Below are positions 29,732-38,376 of a stretch of DNA of 64,000 nt, piece after piece. The notes beneath the pieces are model-generated. The model was given only the letters and a program-made list of their open reading frames with translations, was not told the DNA's origin and did no database searches. This DNA is from Candidatus Aeolococcus gillhamiae. GTDB taxonomy: Bacteria > Chloroflexota > Dormibacteria > Aeolococcales > Aeolococcaceae. The first letter of the stretch is position 1. Every line of letters begins with the position of its first letter. The DNA is taken from contig QHBU01000130.1 of assembly GCA_003244045.1 (NCBI GenBank), forward strand, positions 796-64,795. The letters run 5' to 3'. Position numbers and translations under genes: made by a program.

Positions 29732-30898
29732 CTAGTTGAGGCGTTCCACCACCATGGCCATGCCCATGCCGCCGCCGACGCACATGGTCTCCAGCCCGAT
29801 GGTCTTGTCGAGCGTGCGCAGGTCGTTGAGGAGCGTGCAGAGGATGCGCGCGCCGGTCATGCCGAAGGGATGGCCGAGCGCGATTGCGCCACCGTGGGGG
29901 TTGAAGCGCTCGTCCCAGGGTTCGATGCCGATGCCGCGCGCGGCGGGGATGACCTGCGCCGCGAACGCCTCGTTGATCTCGACGATGTCGACGTCGTCGA
30001 TTCCCATCCCGGTCTGCTCGAGCAGCGCCCGGATCGCGGGGATCGGCCCGAGGCCCATGATCTCCGGCCGAATCGCGGCGACGGTCGAGGCGACGATTCG
30101 AGCCATCGGCTCGAGGCCGAGGCCGCGGGCCTTCTCATCCGACATCACCAGCACGGCTGCGGCGCCGTCGTTGAGCGGGCAGGAGTTTCCGGCGGTGACG
30201 GTGCCCTCCTCGCGGAACACGGGCGCCAGGCTGCTCAGCTTCTCGAGGCTGGTCTCGCGGCGCGGGCCGTCGTCCTTGGTCATCTCGCCGGCACCGTCGC
30301 CGAGCGGCACGGGGATGATCTCGCGATCGAAGAAGCCGCTGTCCTGGGCGGCGACGGCGCGCTGCTGGCTTCGCAGCGCGAACTTGTCCTGCTCGTCGCG
30401 GGAGATCTCCTCGCGGCGGGCCACGTTCTCGGCGGTCTGCCCCATGGCGATGTAGATGTCGGGGTAGCCATGCGTGTTGCCGGGCTTGAGCAGCTCGTTC
30501 TCGTTCTGGGGGTTGTCGCTCATCCCGTTGATGAAGCGCGAGACGCACTCGATGCCGACGGAGAGGAAGGCGTCGCCCTCGCCGGCCTTGATGGCGTGGG
30601 CCGCCATCCGCGTGCTCTGCAGGGAGCTCGAGCAGTAGCGGGTGATGGTCGTGCCGGGGACGTCGAGGTTGGCGAGGATGCTTACCGCCCGTCCGAGGTT
30701 GAACCCCTGCTCGCCACCGGGCAGGCCGCAGCCGCAGATGAGGTCCTCGATCTCCGAGCGGTCGAGCTCGGGCAGCGTCTCGAGCACCTTGATGACGATG
30801 TGGGCGCCGAGGTCGTCCGCGCGGACGTTGACCAGCGACCCCTTCACGGCGCGCCCGATCGGCGAGCGACCGGCGGCGACGACGACGGCTTCAGGCAT
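29732..30898 (-). CDS. acetyl-CoA C-acyltransferase (thiolase)
   Basis: The sequence has RYCSSSLQS (the active Cys region), NEAFAAQV, GGAIALGHPFGMTGAR and CVGGGMGMAMV. Confidence 0.9.
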   Translation of the reverse strand: MPEAVVVAAGRSPIGRAVKGSLVNVRADDLGAHIVIKVLETLPELDRSEIEDLICGCGLPGGEQGFNLGRAVSILANLDVPGTTITRYCSSSLQSTRMAAHAIKAGEGDAFLSVGIECVSRFINGMSDNPQNENELLKPGNTHGYPDIYIAMGQTAENVARREEISRDEQDKFALRSQQRAVAAQDSGFFDREIIPVPLGDGAGEMTKDDGPRRETSLEKLSSLAPVFREEGTVTAGNSCPLNDGAAAVLVMSDEKARGLGLEPMARIVASTVAAIRPEIMGLGPIPAIRALLEQTGMGIDDVDIVEINEAFAAQVIPAARGIGIEPWDERFNPHGGAIALGHPFGMTGARILCTLLNDLRTLDKTIGLETMCVGGGMGMAMVVERLN

Positions 30899-30920
30899 GG
30901 CGCGACAGGCCTCCGGACAA

Positions 30921-30940
30921 AATTGACGTGGATGTCAATT
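30921..30940. promoter_or_regulatory. candidate operator: perfect palindrome AATTGAC-N6-GTCAATT in the thiolase/acyl-CoA-reductase divergent intergenic region
   Basis: aattgac gtggat gtcaatt is the only AT-rich stretch in a 125-bp GC-rich intergenic region. It is flanked by the direct 8-mers GGCGCGAC (30900-30907 and 30943-30950). Confidence 0.4.
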
Positions 30941-31023
30941 GTGGCGCGACGGTACGGCGGACGGTTCCGCGGGCTATTCTCCGCGTCGCACAGGGCCGCT
31001 GTGCGGATGCGGGCGAGGAGGTC

Positions 31024-33015
31024 GTGGTGCAGTACTTTGTCACCGGTGCCACCGGGTTCATCGGCAAGCAGCTGATCCCGCTGCTGCTGGCGCGCGAGGG
31101 CGAGATCAACGTCCTGGTCCGGCCCGGCTCGCGGCACCGCTTTGCCGCGCTGCGCGACCGGCTCGATCCCCAGGGCACCCGGCTGCGCGCGGTGTTCGGT
31201 GACATCGCCGAGCGCGGCCTGGCGATGGCCGCGGAGGACCGCAACCGGCTCCGCGGCGCCACCGTGTTCCACCTCGCCGCGGTGTACGACCTGACGGCAT
31301 CGGAGGACGACACTGCCCGGGCCAACATCGATGGCACACACCACACCGTCGAGTTCGCCAACGCCATCGGCGCTGCGCGCCTCCACCACGTCAGCTCGAT
31401 CGCCGTCGCCGGCCGCTTCAACGGCGTCTTTACCGAGCAGATGTTCGCGGAGGGCCAGGAGCTCGACCACCCGTATTTCTCCACGAAGTACGAGGCCGAG
31501 CGCATCGTGCGCGACGAGGCCACCGTGCCCTGGCGGGTGTACCGGCCGGGCATGGTGATCGGCTCGGCGGAGACCGGCGAGGCCGACCGCATCGACGGCC
31601 CGTACTACGCGTTCAAGCTCATCCAGACGCTGCGCAGCCAGTTCCCACAATGGGCACCGTTCGTCGGTCCCGAGGGCGGCCCGCTCAACCTCGTGCCCGT
31701 CGACTTCGTGGCCCGCGCCATGGACCACATCGCCCACCTCGACGGTCTCGACAACCGCGCCTTCCACCTCGTCGATCCCAAGCCGCTCTCGCTCGGAGAC
31801 ACGCTCAACACGTTCTGCCGCGCCGCCCACGCCCCGGAGTTCGCGCTGCGCTTCGACCGGCGCATGACCAAGATGATCCCTGGCGACACGCTCAAGGTGG
31901 TCGGCGATCTCCCGGCCATCAAGCGGGTGCGCCAGCAGGTGCTCGACCGTCTCGGCATCCCCGAGACCGCGCTCGAGTACATGGACTACCCGGCGACGTT
32001 CGACGCCGCGCAGGCCCAGGAGGCGCTCGCCGGCAGCGGCATCCGCGTCCCGCACCTGCACGACTACGCCTGGAAGGTGTGGGACTACTGGGAGCGCCAC
32101 CTCGACCCCGACCTGCCCACCGCGCACAACATCCGTCGCGTCGCCGGCGACAAGGTGGTGGTGATCACCGGTGCGTCGAGCGGGATCGGCCGCGCCGTGG
32201 CCAGCGCCCTGGCCGGCTCGGGGGCGACGATCATCGGAGTCGCTCGCGGCGTCGAGAAGCTCGAGGAGATGAAGGCCGAGGTGGAGGCGCTCGGCGGCAC
32301 CGTGCAGCTGCGCCCCACCGACCTCAGCGACCCGGCCGCGTGCAAGGAGATGCTCCACGGAGTCATCGAGGAACACGGGCGCGTCGACGTGCTCATCAAC
32401 AACGCGGGGCGCTCGATCCGCCGCTCGGTGATGGACTCGCTCGATCGCTTCCACGATTTCGAGCGGACCATGCAGCTCAACTACTTCGGCGCCATCGCGC
32501 TGATCATGGCGGCGCTGCCGAGCATGAGCCAGCGCGGCAGCGGTCACATCATCAACATCACCTCGATCGGCGGCCAGACGTACCCGCCGCGCTTTGCGGC
32601 GTACGTGGCCAGCAAGGCCGCGCTCGACGCCTACTCACGCTGCCTCGCGCCCGAGGTGGCCGCCGACGGCGTCGACATCACCACCGTGCACATGCCACTG
32701 GTGCGCACCCCGATGATCGCCCCGACCGGGATCTACAAAAACTTCCCCACCATCAGCCCGGAGGAGGCGGCGGAGATGGTGGTGCAGGCGATGATCACCC
32801 GCCCGCACGAGGTGTCGACGCGGCTCGGCAAGTTCGGCGAGCTGACCCATGCGACGGCGCCCGGCCTGCACAACCTGATCATGAGCGCGGCCTACCACAT
32901 GCTCCCCGACAGCGGCGGCCGCTCCAAGGACAAGGACGGCGAGGCCAAGGAGGAAGCCCCGGTCACGGCTGAGGCGTACGCGCTCGGCATGCTGATGCGC
33001 GGGATCCACCTCTAG
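31024..33015 (+). CDS. two-domain fatty acyl-CoA reductase (N-terminal thioester-reductase/epimerase-like NAD domain plus C-terminal SDR)
   Basis: A GTG at 31024/31027 follows GAGGAGG. The N-domain has YFVTGATGFIGKQL and YFSTKYEAE. The C-domain has VVVITGASSGIGRA, NNAG and YVASKAALD. The architecture matches Mtb AcrA1 (Rv3391)/Marinobacter FAR-type enzymes. Confidence 0.8.
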   Translation: MVQYFVTGATGFIGKQLIPLLLAREGEINVLVRPGSRHRFAALRDRLDPQGTRLRAVFGDIAERGLAMAAEDRNRLRGATVFHLAAVYDLTASEDDTARANIDGTHHTVEFANAIGAARLHHVSSIAVAGRFNGVFTEQMFAEGQELDHPYFSTKYEAERIVRDEATVPWRVYRPGMVIGSAETGEADRIDGPYYAFKLIQTLRSQFPQWAPFVGPEGGPLNLVPVDFVARAMDHIAHLDGLDNRAFHLVDPKPLSLGDTLNTFCRAAHAPEFALRFDRRMTKMIPGDTLKVVGDLPAIKRVRQQVLDRLGIPETALEYMDYPATFDAAQAQEALAGSGIRVPHLHDYAWKVWDYWERHLDPDLPTAHNIRRVAGDKVVVITGASSGIGRAVASALAGSGATIIGVARGVEKLEEMKAEVEALGGTVQLRPTDLSDPAACKEMLHGVIEEHGRVDVLINNAGRSIRRSVMDSLDRFHDFERTMQLNYFGAIALIMAALPSMSQRGSGHIINITSIGGQTYPPRFAAYVASKAALDAYSRCLAPEVAADGVDITTVHMPLVRTPMIAPTGIYKNFPTISPEEAAEMVVQAMITRPHEVSTRLGKFGELTHATAPGLHNLIMSAAYHMLPDSGGRSKDKDGEAKEEAPVTAEAYALGMLMRGIHL

Positions 33016-33040
33016 CCGCTGAGGAATCCGCCGCGCGGCG

Positions 33041-33771
33041 TCAGGCGGGCGCGGTCAGCAGGGTGAGCTCGTCGTCGACGCCGAGCGTGCGCGCGGTCGG
33101 CGACGTCGGTACCGCGTTCTTGGCTGGATGGGTGCGCAGCACGTAGTCGGCCACTGGGTTGGTGACGCCGAACCAGTACTGCTCGTTCTTGTAGTGATGG
33201 AGGGTGTGCGCTCGCCACACCGCCCGGAACGCTGCGGTGCGGGGCACGTACGGCGAATGGATAAGGTAGTGCGACCACTCGTAGCCGAGCAGGAACGTGG
33301 TCATCGTCGCGAACGCGGTGAGGCCGAGGCGGTGATCAGGGAAACCCAGCCCGCCGACCGCCGCGAGCAGCACGAAGAACCCCGCCAAAACCGGCAGCGG
33401 CACAAAGACGAGCGGAATGTTGCGCGGGTCGCGGTGGTGCATGCGGTGGCGCTTGGCGAAGAGCGGTCGAGGCGCCTGCTCCCGATCGTGCGCGGCTTGA
33501 AGTGGAGCACGAAAACGTGCAGCAGCCATTCCGCGAACGGCTCCACCGCGAGGATCGCGCCGACCACGACCAGGTCGGCCCAAGGGAGGTGGCCGACCAG
33601 CATGCGCGCGACCACCGCGACGCCGGCGGCGATGGCCATCAGTCGCGGGCTTCCGTATTCGAAGAAGATGCGCGCCGCGCCACCGAGGCCCAGCGTACCT
33701 CTGCCGGCTGTCACTGCCTCGCCGACCGACGCGGCACCGGCGGATCCGCCGCCCAGGTTCCTCACCCGCAC
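33041..33771 (-). pseudogene. fatty acid hydroxylase/sterol desaturase superfamily gene interrupted by a 1-nt frameshift (or sequencing error)
   Basis: The N-terminal half lies in frame of ORF 33301..33771 (..EWLLHVFVLHFKPRTIGSRRLD, His box HxxxxH). The C-terminal half lies in frame of ORF 33041..34078 (PLFAKRHRMHHRDPRNIPLVFVPLP...WRAHTLHHYKNEQYWFGV, two HxxHH boxes). The frames join at ~33463-33470 (minus strand ctcgaccgctcttc). Confidence 0.7.
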
Positions 33772-33774
33772 AGT

Positions 33775-35364
33775 CTACGAGCCGTTGCGCAGCCAGATGG
33801 CCACCTGGCCGCTGCCGAAGACACGCTGGTAGGCGCCGCCAGCGAGAATGCCGATGATCTCCGGCCACTGGCTCTCTGCGTCCGCTGAGACGATGATCAG
33901 CAGGGGTTTGATGGTGGCCACCGCGGTGGCCACCGGCCCGTTGTTGCCAAGCAGCACCTCGTCGTTGTAGATCGGCGGGGTGGGCATGAGCACGTCGAGA
34001 TCCGCCAGTGAGTACACCCACGAGTCCGATGACCAGACCACCGCGGAGGCGCCCGCGTAGCCGTGCTGCGAGATCCACGACGCCACCGCCGTGTCGGCGG
34101 GCACGTGCGAGTCGAACTGTCCGTCCCAGTCGGAGTCGTCACCGCTGAATGCCGCCCGCACGGCGCCGCCGTAGTACTGGGTGAGCGTGCGGGTCGCGTT
34201 CTGCGCCGGTGAGGGCGCCGCCTCGGGGATCCAGTCAAGCCCGGTCACCCTGGCCAGCGCGGCCGCGATCACCAGGGCGGCGACGGCGGGGCCAAGCCGC
34301 AGCGCGTCGGTGCGGCTGAATCTGCGCAGGCGGTTGGGCAGGGGAACCGCGGCCACCGCGAGAGACACGGGGGCTGCGGCGGCGGTGAGGTAGTGCGCGT
34401 ACGGCTGACCCGCCATGGCGGCGACGAGCAACGCGGCCCCCGCCCACAACAGCACAGCCCAGGCAGCAGTGCTCAGCCGCCGACAGAGGAACGCACCGAC
34501 GCACAGCAGGATCGCGGCGACTCCCACCTCGGCGATGTGCATGACCACGCCGCTGCCCGCGGACGGCAGCACGGAGCGCGTGTAGGGGATGTAGAAACCG
34601 ACCAGCGCGAAGGCAACCCGGCCCGCACCGGCGGTGACGATCGCCACAGCTAGCCAGGCGGCCGTGATCGCCACCACGGTTCCGGCGTACGCCATCAGGT
34701 CGCGCCAGCGGGTCCGCGGGCTCAGCGCGATGATGAGCCCGAACGCGGTTGCCTCAGCGACCACCGTCTGCTGGTAGGCGATGCCGGCGGCAACGAGCGC
34801 GCCGACCACGAACGGCCAGATCGCGAGACGATGCGGCGGCACGCTGACCACACGGCGCGGATCGATGCGCACCAGCAACAGCGCACCCGCCCAGGTGACC
34901 GGCGCGATCAGCAGGCTCTCGGGAAGGGCCAGCTCGGCGTCGACGACGGGCAACCCGAGCGCGATCGCGCAGAGCAGCGTGGCCATGCAGGCGCGCCGCA
35001 TACCGAGGATCCTGGTGCCCGCGTAGGCAACCGCGGCGAGCGCGGCGAGACCGGTGAGATAGGTGAGCAGGTGCAGGCCGAACTCGCTCGCCCCGAAGAA
35101 GCGCACCTCGGTGGCGATCGTCCACGACTGCAGCGGTGGCTTGTTGTTCCAGATCTGGCTGTAGAGCACACGGCCGCGCAGCAGCGACTTGGCGACGTTG
35201 ACGTAGCTCGCCTCGTCCGTGTACCAGTGCGGCTCGAAGAAGGACGGAAGCCGCAGGACGGTGAAGACCAGGAAGCTTGGCGCCGTCCACCCCAGCGGGC
35301 TGTGGTGGGCCGGCGCCCTCCAGCTAGGCCGGCGCAACCGCATCTGTGGAGAAGGTCGGCTCAT
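33775..35364 (-). CDS. GT-C fold membrane glycosyltransferase (ArnT/PMT_2-like)
   Basis: The protein is 529 aa and multi-TM. It contains LRLPSFFEPHWYTDEASYVNVAKSLLRGRVLYSQIWNNKPPL (the D-E-x-x-Y...PP signature). An alternative start is ATG 35343. Confidence 0.7.
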   Translation of the reverse strand: MSRPSPQMRLRRPSWRAPAHHSPLGWTAPSFLVFTVLRLPSFFEPHWYTDEASYVNVAKSLLRGRVLYSQIWNNKPPLQSWTIATEVRFFGASEFGLHLLTYLTGLAALAAVAYAGTRILGMRRACMATLLCAIALGLPVVDAELALPESLLIAPVTWAGALLLVRIDPRRVVSVPPHRLAIWPFVVGALVAAGIAYQQTVVAEATAFGLIIALSPRTRWRDLMAYAGTVVAITAAWLAVAIVTAGAGRVAFALVGFYIPYTRSVLPSAGSGVVMHIAEVGVAAILLCVGAFLCRRLSTAAWAVLLWAGAALLVAAMAGQPYAHYLTAAAAPVSLAVAAVPLPNRLRRFSRTDALRLGPAVAALVIAAALARVTGLDWIPEAAPSPAQNATRTLTQYYGGAVRAAFSGDDSDWDGQFDSHVPADTAVASWISQHGYAGASAVVWSSDSWVYSLADLDVLMPTPPIYNDEVLLGNNGPVATAVATIKPLLIIVSADAESQWPEIIGILAGGAYQRVFGSGQVAIWLRNGS

Positions 35365-35440
35365 TCATCTCAACCGAAGTAATACCACCGCGCCTGTGCG
35401 GCCCGGTTCGCCGTCCGACCATGGGGCGCGCCTCTGAGGC

Positions 35441-36244
35441 TCAGCCGCCGAGAGGTCGGTCGGCGTGCGTGATCGCCAGCACCTCGTCGTGGAGCAGGCC
35501 GTTGGTCGAGAGACCAGTCCCTCCCAGCGGCCCGTCGGCGGAGCGATCGAGAAAGCGGCCGCCGGCCTCCTCGACGATCAGTGAGAGCGCGGCGTAATCC
35601 CACAGGTTGGCGCGCGAGGTCCAGCCGATGTCGGCGATGCCGCGGGCGACCGCCAGGTGCGAATGCGTGTTGCCCAGGCCGCGGGCCTCCCAGCAGAGCC
35701 TGGTGATGTCGAGGAGCTCGGCCCAGAGGCCGACGCGCTGGAACCCGCGCACCGAGCTGTGGGCGACCATCGACTGGGCGACGCTGTCAACCCGCGACAC
35801 GCTGATCGGATGGCCGTTGGCGGTGGCGCCGCCGCCGCGCACGGCGGCGTGACGATGCCCGTCCGCCGGCGTCGAGGCCACCGCCACCATCGAGATGCCG
35901 TCGTGCTGCAGCGCGATCAGCGTGCCCCACGTCTCCATCCCGCGCACGAAGCTCTTGGTGCCGTCGATGGGATCGATGACCCAGCGCCAGCCGTTGCGGG
36001 CGGACACCTCGCCGCCGAACTCCTCGCCGACGATGGCATGCGTGGGCCTGTGGCTGCCGATCCGCTCGCGCAGCGCTCGCTCGATGCCGTGGTCGGCCTC
36101 GGTGACCGGGCTGAAGTCGGGCTTCGTGGTCACCACCAGGTCGAGCGCGCGGAAGCGGCTCATGGAGATGGCGTCGGCGGCGTCGGCCAGCTCGTTGGCG
36201 AACGCCAGCTCTTCCTGGAGAGCGGCGGCCGAGGCGTCGATCAC
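35441..36244 (-). CDS. inositol monophosphatase family protein (paralog of hisN)
   Basis: The sequence has PVTEADHGIE, IVGEEFGG and WVIDPIDGTKSFVRG, followed by WDYAALSLIVEEAGG. Confidence 0.8.
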   Translation of the reverse strand: MIDASAAALQEELAFANELADAADAISMSRFRALDLVVTTKPDFSPVTEADHGIERALRERIGSHRPTHAIVGEEFGGEVSARNGWRWVIDPIDGTKSFVRGMETWGTLIALQHDGISMVAVASTPADGHRHAAVRGGGATANGHPISVSRVDSVAQSMVAHSSVRGFQRVGLWAELLDITRLCWEARGLGNTHSHLAVARGIADIGWTSRANLWDYAALSLIVEEAGGRFLDRSADGPLGGTGLSTNGLLHDEVLAITHADRPLGG

Positions 36245-36325
36245 CGGGCAAGCCTAGCGGCGACCCGGACCGCGACGCCCGTCGTACCCTAGGGAGCGCT
36301 CATCACCACAGGAGTCACTCCCACC

Positions 36326-36976
36326 ATGGCCCACCACAAGCTGCCGGTCTTCGACGAGAAGGGTTTTGTCATCCTGCGTGACTACGACGGCCCAGAGATC
36401 CCGCAGAGCGAGTGGATGGGCCTCGAGTACATGGACTGGAAGAGCGGGGGAGACACCAACTTCGCGCCGCTGGCCTCGGCTCTCGGCGAGATGGAGTGCG
36501 CCGGCTTCTGGGACCACGGCAAGCCCGACAAGGACGGAATCTGGACCAAGAACCGCGAGATCGCGCCGTCGTTCGTGCGCTACGTCGAGGCGGTGGGCTC
36601 GCGGTACGGGCGCGTGCGCGTCATCAAGCTCAACCCCAGCGACGAGCCGTTCGCGCGCCGCCAGCTGCACCTCGACGACAACAACCGCCTCAATCCCGAG
36701 GGCGAGGGCTGGGTGGTGCGTTCGTGGCTTGAGCTGACCGACAACAACGCCACCTTCATCCTCCGCGAGGACAAGGAGGACCAAAGCACCGAGTCGCGGA
36801 TCCCGCTGCACAAGGGCATGCAGTTCATCATCGACACCCAGCGGCTCTGGCATGTGGTGCACAATCCCGGTCCGGAGCCGCGCTACGCGCTAATCACGTC
36901 CTGGGAGTCCGGCGACGCGCTGCAGGCGTGGATCGACGCGCAGCTGCCGGTCGGCGAGGGCGCCGGCGCCCGCTGA
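36326..36976 (+). CDS. aspartyl/asparaginyl beta-hydroxylase-like cupin (putative Fe(II)/2OG oxygenase)
   Basis: The protein is 216 aa with high GC3. The pattern RRQLHLDDNN...WLELTDNNATFIL...HKGMQFIIDTQRLWHVVHNPGPEPRYALI fits the HxD...H triad layout of the Asp_Arg_Hydrox family by eye. Confidence 0.5.
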   Translation: MAHHKLPVFDEKGFVILRDYDGPEIPQSEWMGLEYMDWKSGGDTNFAPLASALGEMECAGFWDHGKPDKDGIWTKNREIAPSFVRYVEAVGSRYGRVRVIKLNPSDEPFARRQLHLDDNNRLNPEGEGWVVRSWLELTDNNATFILREDKEDQSTESRIPLHKGMQFIIDTQRLWHVVHNPGPEPRYALITSWESGDALQAWIDAQLPVGEGAGAR

Positions 36977-36988
36977 CGCTCCGCGAGG

Positions 36989-37096
36989 TTAGCGGCTGAC
37001 CGACTCGGGATCAATCGCCTCGCCGCACGTCGGACAGAACTCCGCCGCCGTGTCGTCGACCCATTCCCCGCATGACGGGCACTGCTGCACTGCCAT
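36989..37096 (-). CDS. 35-aa zinc-ribbon mini-protein (not in ORF track)
   Basis: The reverse strand ATG 37096..TAA 36989 reads MAVQQCPSCGEWVDDTAAEFCPTCGEAIDPESVSR, with two CxxC pairs. GGAG lies 7 nt upstream of the ATG. Confidence 0.45.
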   Translation of the reverse strand: MAVQQCPSCGEWVDDTAAEFCPTCGEAIDPESVSR

Positions 37097-37247
37097 AGCC
37101 GTTCTCCAAGTGCGTCCGCCTGGCACAGACAGGTTGCCCCGTGCCGGCGGACACGCGGCGGCCGATCGGTCAACTCCTCCAAGGGAGCGCAGCCTCGCCT
37201 GGTTCGCGATGCTCTCCCAGCCCGGTAGGCTGCCAAACTAGCGGTTT

Positions 37248-38102
37248 GTGCGGACGCGATTCACCGAGCTCGTCGGGTGCAGCCTGCCATTTCAGCTCGC
37301 TGCCCTCGGCGGTGTCGGCACGGAGGCGCTTGCCAGGGCTGTCGAGGCAGCGGGTGGCCTCGGCATGGTGCCCGGCCGGGTCACCCTCGGCGAGCCGCGT
37401 GACGGCGCGCTCGGCAAGGGGTTTCTGATCCCGTACCTGCCCGAGGTGACGGACGTCGTCGAGGATGTTCGTGGCCTGCGGGTTGCCGAGTTCTTCTGGG
37501 GCGAGCCCGACGCGAACCTCGTCGATGCCGCCCACTCCGCCGAGGCGCTTGTCTCGTGGCAGATCGGCTCGGCGACAGAGGCACGAGCGGCCGAGGCCGC
37601 CGGATGTGACCTGGTCGTCGCCCAGGGGGTGGAGGCGGGGGGGCACGTCCGCGGTAACCAGCCGCTCGACGACCTGCTCGCAGAAGTACTCGTCGCGGTG
37701 TCGGTACCGGTTGTGGCCGCGGGCGGGATCGGGAGTGCGGCGCGCGTGGCGGAGCTGATGGCGGCTGGAGCCGACGCGGTGCGCATCGGCACGCGCTTCC
37801 TCACGTGCCCCGAGTGCGACACGCATGCCGACTACGTCCGCGCTTTGATCGCCGCCACTGCCGACGATGCGGTCATCACCGACCATTTCGACAACGACGG
37901 GGGCTGGCCCGCCCCGGTGCGCGTTCTTCGCTCGGCGCTGGAGGCGGCTGTCGTAGCCGGCAACCGGAGCACGTCTCCACCGACCCGGGCGGCAGAGGCC
38001 CCGCTCACGATGGCGTGCTACGCCGGCCTCTCTGTTGCGCACGTTGGTGACGTGAAGGCCGCTGCCGAGGTAGTCCGCGAGCTCACTGCTCTAGTGGATT
38101 AG
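37248..38102 (+). CDS. nitronate monooxygenase / FabK-like FMN oxidoreductase (NMO family)
   Basis: GTG start. The sequence has VAQGVEAGGHVRG, VPVVAAGGIGSAARVAELMAAGADAVRIGTRFL. Confidence 0.8.
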   Translation: MRTRFTELVGCSLPFQLAALGGVGTEALARAVEAAGGLGMVPGRVTLGEPRDGALGKGFLIPYLPEVTDVVEDVRGLRVAEFFWGEPDANLVDAAHSAEALVSWQIGSATEARAAEAAGCDLVVAQGVEAGGHVRGNQPLDDLLAEVLVAVSVPVVAAGGIGSAARVAELMAAGADAVRIGTRFLTCPECDTHADYVRALIAATADDAVITDHFDNDGGWPAPVRVLRSALEAAVVAGNRSTSPPTRAAEAPLTMACYAGLSVAHVGDVKAAAEVVRELTALVD

Positions 38103-38376
38103 GGCGGGGCCTGAGGCGGCCGCCACAGCCATCGCCGCCAAGCCTCAAGTAGTCATTTTGCGCCTCCTGGCCTGCGCAGTGCGGACCGCCCTGGTCCTCC
38201 ATGTTCGGCGGGGGGTCAGACGTGATGCCCGCCCCGCGCCCGAAGTCGCGGCAATCCGTCGTATTGGTAGAGATGACGGATACGGCCCTCATCGTGACGG
38301 TGTGCCACCCACGGCCTCGCCATCCGCTCGCAGGATCGAGCTCACCGACGCCAACAAGCGCTGCGAGGTGTTTCAT
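38083..38376 (-). CDS. hypothetical 97-aa ORF, doubtful
   Basis: Its ATG overlaps the FAH gene stop (ATGA at 38373-38376). Hand-counted GC3 is only ~73%, which is lower than neighbours. No family is recognised, and the 3' end overlaps the convergent NMO gene by 20 nt. Confidence 0.25.
   Translation of the reverse strand: MKHLAALVGVGELDPASGWRGRGWHTVTMRAVSVISTNTTDCRDFGRGAGITSDPPPNMEDQGGPHCAGQEAQNDYLRLGGDGCGGRLRPRPNPLEQ

Noticed and set aside
33772-34078. N-terminal extension of ORF 33041..34078
   Set aside because: It overlaps the 3' end of the upstream GT-C gene in another frame. The hydroxylase N-terminus is instead found in the 33301..33771 frame (see the frameshift finding).
36883-37236. 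117-aa minus ORF in the gap between the cupin-like gene and the NMO gene
   Set aside because: It is Arg-rich nonsense-like sequence. The same region contains a far more convincing 35-codon zinc-ribbon ORF in another frame.
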